IMG/VR virus record: IMGVR_UViG_3300005611_000073
Coordinates: 1-40,003 of that record
DNA from: a virus
Taxonomy: Duplodnaviria; Caudoviricetes
DNA: 40,003 nt
Reading direction: 5' to 3' (one strand)
Positions 1-6,563 of the stretch are shown here, piece by piece. The position numbers and the translations under genes are program-made. Numbering within the stretch: position 1 is the first letter of the stretch; the number at the start of each line of letters is the position of its first letter. The notes under the pieces were generated by a model that saw only the letters and a program-made list of their open reading frames with translations, was not told the origin of the DNA and ran no database searches.

Positions 1-51
1 AATATCAATAGTCAACTCAAACAACACAAGAGACCCCTTTACTTACACGTT

Positions 52-255
52 ATGTCGGATAGACAAGTGGAGTTTGTGAAAACCTTATTAACTTGGTTGG
101 AGAAAAAACGAAATAATTTACCGTTGGCGTTCAAAGATAGTCGTGACAATGAAATTAATATGTTATATAAGATTTTACGTACCAAACAATACCAAACGAA
201 AGACAGAAAAAAATTAAACGAACTCAGAGAACAATATATTTCAGAAAAAATTTGA
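52..255 (+). CDS. Hypothetical protein, member of a 3-copy paralog family (with 3051..3332 and 4227..4541)
   Basis: Shares IL-x4-Y-x3-D[KR]-x2-LN-x-L-x3-Y. The frame is open back to position 1, so the true start may lie upstream of the window. Confidence 0.7.
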   Translation: MSDRQVEFVKTLLTWLEKKRNNLPLAFKDSRDNEINMLYKILRTKQYQTKDRKKLNELREQYISEKI

Positions 256-280
256 CATTGATTGCTAGAACCGTTATATT
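252..280 (+). promoter_or_regulatory. Early-type promoter
   Basis: TTGACA(252-257)-N17-TATATT(275-280), upstream of ORF 310. Confidence 0.75.
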
Positions 281-309
281 AAAGAGTAACTAATAAAAAT
301 TTATATATA

Positions 310-759
310 ATGACAATTAAATTAAATAAAACATACCACTTTGATTTGACTGATACAATGTCATTCGGTGATATCAAAAAAGAAAGACTTTATGAGTTTT
401 TTAAGGATGGGCGGAACGCATCTTTTATGTTGGAAGAACAATTAATACATTGGTTTCCTGAACTAACTCGTGTAGAAGGAAATAAAGACCACGACCATAT
501 TAGTGAAAATGGTGTTAAGTATGATGCTAAAAACTTTACTAAACGTGGTTTAAATTTTATGCCTTCCAATCAAATTGGGGCAGGTCGTAAGTTTGATTCA
601 GAAGTTGCTTATGATAAAGCTAACAAGTTAATTTATATTTGTTGTGATATAGTTGACTTCCCAATAGTTAGGGTTATATTTAAACACGGAAAAGACTTAG
701 TTAAAGATTTTCCGAATTGTAAAATTTCTAAATCCAATAGAGAGGTTTTATTTGGGTAG
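310..759 (+). CDS. Putative PD-(D/E)XK restriction-type endonuclease
   Basis: E...DH-x7-YDAK spacing resembles a PD-(D/E)XK core; overlaps the MTase start. Confidence 0.5.
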   Translation: MTIKLNKTYHFDLTDTMSFGDIKKERLYEFFKDGRNASFMLEEQLIHWFPELTRVEGNKDHDHISENGVKYDAKNFTKRGLNFMPSNQIGAGRKFDSEVAYDKANKLIYICCDIVDFPIVRVIFKHGKDLVKDFPNCKISKSNREVLFG

Positions 760-1540
760 AAAAAAAGATTATGGTTTAGACCAATTTTATACTAATACAA
801 GTGTAGCACAATACTGTATTAATACCATAGATGTTTCTAAGTATGATATAGTAGTAGAACCATCTGCAGGCACGGGTGCGTTTTATAATTTAATTGACCA
901 TCCAAATAAAATTGGTATTGATTTAGAACCTAAATGTGACGGTGTTATAAAACAGGATTTTTTAGAATGGCATTTAAATGAATTTCCGATACCCAACGTA
1001 TTAACTATTGGTAATCCACCGTTTGGTAGGCAGGGTAGTTTAGCCTTAAAGTTTATAAAACGCGCTGCAATATTTTCTAATACCATAGCATTCATATTAC
1101 CAAGAGGTTTCAAGAAAAGGTCAGTATATGACAAAGTTCCGTTAAATTTTTGGAAAGTTAATGAGATAAATATTCCTGAAAACTCTTTTATATACAATGG
1201 AAAACCATTTGATGTTCCTTGTGTTTGGGTGGAATATGAAAAGAAAAGTAAATTAAGAATAAAAGAAAAAAAAATAACGCCACAGACATTTACGTTTACA
1301 ACACAAAAAAATGCCAATATTAGTATTCGTAGAGTAGGGGGGAATGCTGGATTGGCATTTCCACATACGGAAGTGTCTCCAACATCTCATTATTTTATTA
1401 AAGTGGATAATGTAGACGAGTTTGTTAATAAAATAAATAACATAAAATTTAGTGACGGGGATACGACAGGCCCTCGTAGTATTTCTAAGAATGAATTGAT
1501 TACAAAAATAGATAAAAAAATGATGGAAGTCACAACGTGA
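752..1540 (+). CDS. N6-adenine DNA methyltransferase (gamma-type motif order)
   Basis: DQFYT (motif X), VVEPSAGTGAF (motif I), IGNPPFG (motif IV), AFILP. Confidence 0.9.
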   Translation: MGRKKDYGLDQFYTNTSVAQYCINTIDVSKYDIVVEPSAGTGAFYNLIDHPNKIGIDLEPKCDGVIKQDFLEWHLNEFPIPNVLTIGNPPFGRQGSLALKFIKRAAIFSNTIAFILPRGFKKRSVYDKVPLNFWKVNEINIPENSFIYNGKPFDVPCVWVEYEKKSKLRIKEKKITPQTFTFTTQKNANISIRRVGGNAGLAFPHTEVSPTSHYFIKVDNVDEFVNKINNIKFSDGDTTGPRSISKNELITKIDKKMMEVTT

Positions 1541-2043
1541 ACGATACAATCAGCTACTACCTTACTGAAATAATAGAAGACGTTGAACGTAGACTATCAA
1601 CGGTGAAAGAAGTATTGGATTGGAATTCATTTTCAACCAAGTTAAAGTCAGAGTTAATTTCATCTATGTGGGAGACTTCGTTCTCCTACATAGTTCCGAA
1701 CACTATATCTCCAAAACTAGATAGTGAGCCTGATTTGTACTTGGAAAGTCAACCACTAGAGTTAAAGACAAGTAAAACCACCACCACTTGGAGAGGTGGT
1801 GAGTTTTCTAAACGAGAGAGTAATTACTTGTTGATAGCGTGGAATGAGAATGAGTATGGGGTGTTTGATTGGTTCGTATGTTACACCTATCTTACAGAAG
1901 ACGATTGGAAGTCTAGTCAATCCAATAACTACTACGCCACCACCATTGACATAGGTGATGTATTAAAACTTCCAAAAACAGAGATACTGAAAGGTAAAAC
2001 ACAAGTCAAACGAATCAAAGAACACGTGATATTCAATGACTGA
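1537..2043 (+). CDS. Putative PD-(D/E)XK endonuclease
   Basis: EPDLYLESQPLELKTS matches PD-x(n)-E-x-K; GTGA overlap with the MTase stop. Confidence 0.6.
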   Translation: MNDTISYYLTEIIEDVERRLSTVKEVLDWNSFSTKLKSELISSMWETSFSYIVPNTISPKLDSEPDLYLESQPLELKTSKTTTTWRGGEFSKRESNYLLIAWNENEYGVFDWFVCYTYLTEDDWKSSQSNNYYATTIDIGDVLKLPKTEILKGKTQVKRIKEHVIFND

Positions 2044-2302
2044 ATACCTACTACTAATATCAACCAATCTGATATTTCAATCAAGTAGAACTTACAATAC
2101 AAGAGCGATTGCAAATGAGGATACATTCACAGTCATTTGGTCGTCCTTTGTTGTTAAGTTGAGTTGGATGATTTCTACCACAATAGGAGTCAAGTCAATC
2201 TTTGAGGGTGACTTGTATCTTGCTACCACCTATCTATTAACGGGTGTGTTGGGTGATTATATCGGAATGAAATTGAAATATAATGGAGAGATAAATGAGT
2301 AA
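2036..2302 (+). CDS. Small multi-pass membrane protein
   Basis: Three hydrophobic stretches; overlaps both neighbours. Confidence 0.65.
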   Translation: MTEYLLLISTNLIFQSSRTYNTRAIANEDTFTVIWSSFVVKLSWMISTTIGVKSIFEGDLYLATTYLLTGVLGDYIGMKLKYNGEINE

Positions 2303-2576
2303 CTTACAAAGTGAAATGGCTCTGACATTAATAGAAAATAGTATAACCAAATTAGACGAAAATACTCAAGACGCAATGAGAAGGGTTTCTTGGTATTTTG
2401 TCAATACTAGATTTGGCAAAACAAATATATTGAGACGAACATCAAAGGCTTTTAAAATATCTCAAAATAAATTAGACTCTCATATAAGAGAAATATTTGG
2501 AAATGATATTTGGATAGAAAGAAATAAAAAGTTTAACAAAGAATTTTACAAGAAGTTATATAAAGAATTTTACTAA
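2295..2576 (+). CDS. Hypothetical basic protein
   Basis: ORF overlapping the previous gene; GGAG upstream. Confidence 0.6.
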   Translation: MSNLQSEMALTLIENSITKLDENTQDAMRRVSWYFVNTRFGKTNILRRTSKAFKISQNKLDSHIREIFGNDIWIERNKKFNKEFYKKLYKEFY

Positions 2577-2583
2577 AAAACAC

Positions 2584-2650
2584 TTGACATTGATTAAATA
2601 ATTCAGTATCATATAAGTGTTGAGTTAATGATAAACAAACCCCTACTACT
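2584..2650 (+). promoter_or_regulatory. Repeated early promoter + leader cassette, copy 1
   Basis: TTGACA-N17-TATCAT, then TATAAGTGTTGAGTTAATGATAAACAAACCC (2612-2642), identical in 4 copies. Confidence 0.9.
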
Positions 2651-2833
2651 ATGATGACAAATATTGAAATTAATCAACAATTTATTGATACCGTTGAAGG
2701 TTACATATGGACTGTAACAAATGTAACAGACTCAACAATTACTTTAGAAGATGAAAATGAATATACAACCATATATCCTGACCATTTTAGTGATGGTGAT
2801 TTTGAGTATTGGTTTGAACCCTATCAACAATAA
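2651..2833 (+). CDS. Small, highly acidic early protein
   Basis: 13 D/E and no K/R in 60 aa; directly behind the promoter cassette. Confidence 0.75.
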   Translation: MMTNIEINQQFIDTVEGYIWTVTNVTDSTITLEDENEYTTIYPDHFSDGDFEYWFEPYQQ

Positions 2834-2851
2834 ACTAAACCCCTTACTGTT

Positions 2852-3064
2852 ATGACTTACGAACAATTACTTAATTTGATAGACAACCACAGTGAAGCTA
2901 TGATTTACACATCGGACGGTGATGAGTATTTGATTCACAATCCACATCTCAATAATGATGGAATAATGCCATTACCGTGGTATGAATATTCGGTGTGTGT
3001 GTTGGATTCGGACGGAACCCAAGAAGAGATAGAATATAGTGAGATTGTAGATGTCAGATACTAA
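2852..3064 (+). CDS. Small, highly acidic early protein
   Basis: 15 D/E and 1 R in 70 aa; AACCCCTTACTGTTATG leader. Confidence 0.75.
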   Translation: MTYEQLLNLIDNHSEAMIYTSDGDEYLIHNPHLNNDGIMPLPWYEYSVCVLDSDGTQEEIEYSEIVDVRY

Positions 3065-3332
3065 GATAGACCTAACAATACAACAACACGATTGGCTGAG
3101 AACAGTTTTGACTTGGATAGAAACTCGTGGAATAGAAAACCGAAATCGTCCTATATCGGTGGAATCTCCTGAAGGGTCGGGTAGAATAATCTTTATCAAT
3201 GAACCCTATGATTTGGTATTTAACATACTACTACATCAAGACTACAAGGTAGAGGACAAGACAGATTTGAACTTGTTGGGAAGAGCATACCTGTGGTATC
3301 AAAAGGAAGGAATTAAATGGAACGGACACTAA
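3051..3332 (+). CDS. Hypothetical protein, paralog family copy 2
   Basis: NILLHQDYKVEDKTDLNLLGRAY matches the family motif. Confidence 0.7.
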   Translation: MSDTKIDLTIQQHDWLRTVLTWIETRGIENRNRPISVESPEGSGRIIFINEPYDLVFNILLHQDYKVEDKTDLNLLGRAYLWYQKEGIKWNGH

Positions 3333-3343
3333 AAATAATATAG
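3323..3343 (+). repeat. 21-bp direct repeat, left copy (CGGACACTAAAAATAATATAG)
   Basis: Identical to 4195-4215. Confidence 0.95.
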
Positions 3344-3349
3344 AAAAGG

Positions 3350-3418
3350 TTGACATTAATGAAGTAATTCCTTATCATATAAGTGTTGAGTTAATGATAA
3401 ACAAACCCCTACTAAGTT
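3350..3418 (+). promoter_or_regulatory. Repeated early promoter + leader cassette, copy 2
   Basis: TTGACA(3350)-N17-TATCAT; 31-nt core at 3378-3408. Confidence 0.9.
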
Positions 3419-4204
3419 ATGAAATCAAAGTTAATACATAAGGCAAAATTTTGTACTCAATGTGGTGTATTAAAAGGTCTTATTGATTTTAGTAAAAATA
3501 GTAACTCACGAGACGGTAAAAGACCTAATTGTAAAAAATGCCAAAGTGTTAGAGAACAACACCTAATTAATTCCGATGAACGTTTGTTCATTAAACAACT
3601 TAACGAGTTAATACGAGAGGGTGAAAATAGTAAAATACTGGCTTTAATAAATGGAGACCCAATACTCGGAGCATATAGAGGGTATAGATTGGAATCAGTA
3701 AATCTCACCTATTTCAGAACACAATACTATGATTATTACGATGTAAAATCTATTGAACAAGAGGGTGTTCATTTGGCAAATTGGAACGAATTGTATAGTA
3801 AAGTAGTAGATGAGGAAGTTGATAGAAGAGTAGAAGAAGAACTAAAAAGAAGAAAAGAAGAAGAAAAAAGAAAAAAACAAGAAACAAGAGAAAGAAAACA
3901 TAGAAATAAACTAAACCGTCGTTTAAATAAGAAGGGTCAGAAACAAACTTACCTTATGAAAGATAAGTCAAAGCCAGGTATTTACAAGATAGGTAAATCA
4001 GTAAATCCAACTTATAGAGAGAAAACACTAGAAAGTCAAACTCCTTATGCTGAGAATGTCAAAGTGTGGAAAGAAAACATTGAAGACATATTACATAACT
4101 ACTATGATGAATATAGAGTAAGAGGTGAGTGGTTTAAACTCACACCAATACAAGTACGATATATTTGTACTACTGATTGGATTGAGTATTCTCTCGGACA
4201 CTAA
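3419..4204 (+). CDS. Putative endonuclease: N-terminal CxxC..CxxC zinc finger + C-terminal T5orf172 (GIY-YIG-like) domain
   Basis: CTQC...CKKC; YLMKD...YKIGKS-x-NP-x2-R-x3-L...LH...RVRGEWF. Confidence 0.8.
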   Translation: MKSKLIHKAKFCTQCGVLKGLIDFSKNSNSRDGKRPNCKKCQSVREQHLINSDERLFIKQLNELIREGENSKILALINGDPILGAYRGYRLESVNLTYFRTQYYDYYDVKSIEQEGVHLANWNELYSKVVDEEVDRRVEEELKRRKEEEKRKKQETRERKHRNKLNRRLNKKGQKQTYLMKDKSKPGIYKIGKSVNPTYREKTLESQTPYAENVKVWKENIEDILHNYYDEYRVRGEWFKLTPIQVRYICTTDWIEYSLGH

Positions 4205-4215
4205 AAATAATATAG
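4195..4215 (+). repeat. 21-bp direct repeat, right copy
   Basis: Identical to 3323-3343. Confidence 0.95.
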
Positions 4216-4226
4216 CAACTACTACT

Positions 4227-4541
4227 ATGCCAGATACTACCTATGATTTATCAGATACTCAAAAAGAGTTATTATATAAGATACAAGACTATCTAATAAA
4301 GAAAGACCATATAGGAGAAGTAATATGGATATCTCCTAATCCACCTACCGTTCATAAAGTAGTTCATCCATTAAAGAAAATACTAAGAATATTACATAAT
4401 GGGTATTACGATGAAAAAGATAAACCCGATTTAAATGGGTTACGAGGGTTTTATACGATAGTAATGACTAATGTAGATAAATCGTCGTATTATAAGAAAC
4501 AGTATAGTGACGATAATAGTTGGTTGAATACGGATAATTAG
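4227..4541 (+). CDS. Hypothetical protein, paralog family copy 3 (start moved from 4125 to 4227)
   Basis: ACTACTATG leader at 4221-4229; RILHNGYYDEKDKPDLNGLRGFY matches the family motif. Confidence 0.7.
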   Translation: MPDTTYDLSDTQKELLYKIQDYLIKKDHIGEVIWISPNPPTVHKVVHPLKKILRILHNGYYDEKDKPDLNGLRGFYTIVMTNVDKSSYYKKQYSDDNSWLNTDN

Positions 4542-4570
4542 AGTATCATTGTAGAGAGAGAGAGATAGAG

Positions 4571-4602
4571 AGGGAAGCTAAGAGATTAGTTTCCCTTTTT
4601 TT
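4571..4602 (+). terminator. Intrinsic terminator
   Basis: AGGGAAGCTAA-GAGA-TTAGTTTCCCT followed by a T run. Confidence 0.85.
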
Positions 4603-4938
4603 GTATGTGGTAAGAGCTACATACCATAGTGTATAGTAACTATGGGAAAATCTCCCACTATTCACCACGATGACCCACGGTGGTATATATATAGTAGAAA
4701 AACGTGTGGGATAAGAGCACAGTAACGTAAGCGTATTCATAACACAAAGTCAAATTTTTTTATATAGGGGAAATCACCGTATACCTACCGCTAACCTCAC
4801 TAAAAACAACTACTTACCCCTACCGCTCACCACCCCACTCACCCACAGGACACATTGTCAGTATGTGTGGTAGCTAACTATGAGAGTGGCTGATGAGTTA
4901 GCCGTAAGTGTAATAATAACAACCGTTGATAATAGGAC

Positions 4939-4967
4939 TTGACATTGGTTGTAGAATTTTGTATATT
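4939..4967 (+). promoter_or_regulatory. Early-type promoter (tandem 1)
   Basis: TTGACA-N17-TATATT. Confidence 0.7.
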
Positions 4968-4992
4968 CCACCACTCACCGACATATTGTCAC

Positions 4993-5021
4993 TTGACATT
5001 AGTAGAGCTATTTACTATATT
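4993..5021 (+). promoter_or_regulatory. Early-type promoter (tandem 2)
   Basis: TTGACA-N17-TATATT. Confidence 0.7.
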
Positions 5022-5026
5022 ACGAG

Positions 5027-5150
5027 GGGGGGTGCACTTGAGCAACGTGTGGTACTTCAAAAACGTCAACACCCATAGCTGTAAGCTATAAGGGGTGGAG
5101 ACTACTTTCACGACTACGGAGATAGACCCAATTACCACACACTAGTGCAA
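5027..5150 (+). ncRNA. Candidate structured small RNA
   Basis: Nested pairings 5033-38/5144-49, 5047-54/5133-40, 5070-74/5093-97 and 5075-80/5084-89, just downstream of a promoter; no credible ORF. Confidence 0.5.
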
Positions 5151-5168
5151 AATAGTTGAAAATAATAC

Positions 5169-5229
5169 TTGACATTGGTTTTCAGAATACCTATATTATA
5201 GATGTAATGTTAACTAACCCCTTACTATT
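5169..5229 (+). promoter_or_regulatory. Early promoter + leader (variant)
   Basis: TTGACA-N17-TATATT...AACCCCTTACTATTATG. Confidence 0.85.
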
Positions 5230-5316
5230 ATGATGACTATAACTGACGTAACAATTACTATTACTACCCACGAGACTGAAAGTGGAGAAACTTACCAAAC
5301 AATTTCAATTATTTAA
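5230..5316 (+). CDS. 28-aa Thr-rich acidic peptide (not in the ORF track)
   Basis: MMTITDVTITITTHETESGETYQTISII; ATG sits in the conserved leader. Confidence 0.6.
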   Translation: MMTITDVTITITTHETESGETYQTISII

Positions 5317-5329
5317 ACCCCTTACTATT

Positions 5330-5503
5330 ATGAACATAGAATATAAAATTACTGAGATTGAAACCCCCATCACTAAGGATGAGTTAAGAGTGCTAAAAAA
5401 GTTCTTAGGTGAATTCACACTAAAGACTAACGCTGGTGTGGATATCCATAGTTCAGAGCTGAAGGATGGTAAATGGAATGGTATAACACTTAAACGATTA
5501 TAG
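5330..5503 (+). CDS. Hypothetical early protein (start moved to 5330)
   Basis: AACCCCTTACTATTATG leader. Confidence 0.7.
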   Translation: MNIEYKITEIETPITKDELRVLKKFLGEFTLKTNAGVDIHSSELKDGKWNGITLKRL

Positions 5504-5538
5504 AGAGTATTTAACCCTAAAACAAAACCCTTACTATT

Positions 5539-5793
5539 ATGAATAAATCTTATGACTCTATTATTGGAAATTTAATCATCAACCTTTCAGACCTTCGTGA
5601 GTTTGTTGAAGAACACGAACCCTCTAAAGTTGGTTGCGTTTGTGAGATACAAGACCTCCTTAGTGAGTTGGACTCCTATATGGCTTACGGTGAAGAAGAA
5701 GTGGAGACTACGATAGGTGGTGTAGACTTCTCTGAAAGTATAAACGGCTTGAAAGTGATTGGTAGTATTAGACGTTCCATTGAACTAAAATAA
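5539..5793 (+). CDS. Hypothetical early protein
   Basis: AACCCTTACTATTATG leader. Confidence 0.75.
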   Translation: MNKSYDSIIGNLIINLSDLREFVEEHEPSKVGCVCEIQDLLSELDSYMAYGEEEVETTIGGVDFSESINGLKVIGSIRRSIELK

Positions 5794-5806
5794 TTTAAAA
5801 AAATAC

Positions 5807-5873
5807 TTGACATTGGTTTTCATAAACCCTATCTTATAAGTGTTGAGTTAATGATAAACAAACCCTTACTACT
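5807..5873 (+). promoter_or_regulatory. Repeated early promoter + leader cassette, copy 3
   Basis: TTGACA-N17-TATCTT; 31-nt core at 5835-5865. Confidence 0.9.
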
Positions 5874-6113
5874 ATGAAAGTATATTTAGCATATTCAGGA
5901 GACATAAACAAACACGGACATCAAAATTATGATTTAATTGGTGTCTATCAAGATAAGGATATGGCTATCCAAGCTATTGAACAATCAATGACTGATGTTG
6001 ATATGGCGTATGTAGAGGTAGAAACCAAACCAAGCGGTAATATGTTTTGGACTGAACACGGTATGGACATCGTGAATGTGGGTAAGGTAGAAGAACATAT
6101 CCTAATTAGTTAA
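5874..6113 (+). CDS. Hypothetical early protein
   Basis: Directly behind the cassette; MKVY...LIGVY-x4-A type N-terminus common in small phage proteins. Confidence 0.75.
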   Translation: MKVYLAYSGDINKHGHQNYDLIGVYQDKDMAIQAIEQSMTDVDMAYVEVETKPSGNMFWTEHGMDIVNVGKVEEHILIS

Positions 6114-6121
6114 AAAAATAC

Positions 6122-6189
6122 TTGACATTAATATTCAGATTGACTATCTTATAAGTGTTGAGTTAATGATAAACAAACCCCTTACTACT
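6122..6189 (+). promoter_or_regulatory. Repeated early promoter + leader cassette, copy 4
   Basis: TTGACA-N17-TATCTT; 31-nt core at 6150-6180. Confidence 0.9.
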
Positions 6190-6474
6190 ATGATACAAGA
6201 AACTCCAATCCCCTCTGTTAAACAAGTCAGTTCTCAAAAGTACTACACTCCTAATCACGTTTACCACCAAAGTGAAGTGCTATATTTTATTGAGTACTGT
6301 AATGAGTTTTATAATGAGTCTGATGGTATTTACCCCATCGCTTCTAAAAAAGAAATTACTGATGCTGTTGTTGAGTATTTGTACCAACTTGAAAGTGAAT
6401 GTCAGTTTGACTCCATTGACCGTGAAGGTGTGAGAGGTGTGATTGAACCTGGCTACACTTGGTTAGGTCTTTAA
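6190..6474 (+). CDS. Hypothetical acidic early protein (start moved to 6190)
   Basis: CCCCTTACTACTATG leader. Confidence 0.75.
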   Translation: MIQETPIPSVKQVSSQKYYTPNHVYHQSEVLYFIEYCNEFYNESDGIYPIASKKEITDAVVEYLYQLESECQFDSIDREGVRGVIEPGYTWLGL

Positions 6475-6507
6475 GAAATTTTATTAGTAACATTCATAAT
6501 TAAGTTC

Positions 6508-6538
6508 CATAGTGATGTGAAAGTCACTATGTGTTTTT
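6508..6538 (+). terminator. Hairpin + T tract upstream of the AAA gene (terminator/attenuator-like)
   Basis: CATAGTGAT-GTGAAA-GTCACTATG followed by TGTTTTT. Confidence 0.5.
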
Positions 6539-6563
6539 AACCCTTAACATAATCCCTTACATT

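Noticed and set aside
4125-4226. Upstream starts given in the ORF track (4125, 5282, 6166, 6531, 12543, 19216, 30702, 32344)
   Set aside because: They run through upstream genes or promoter elements; conserved leaders or gene overlaps point to downstream ATGs
4546-4753. Leftward promoter (TTGACT at 4748-4753 on the minus strand) and 64-aa minus ORF
   Set aside because: Poor -10 match and spacing, and the ORF start lies inside the putative spacer
4889-4905. CTGATGAG, resembling a hammerhead ribozyme core
   Set aside because: No following stem II + GAAA or matching stems I/III; it is part of a simple GGCTGA/TTAGCC hairpin
2584-6189. Repeats as a CRISPR array
   Set aside because: Spacing is irregular (about 300-2400 bp), the intervals are whole genes, the repeats carry promoter boxes, and no cas genes are present
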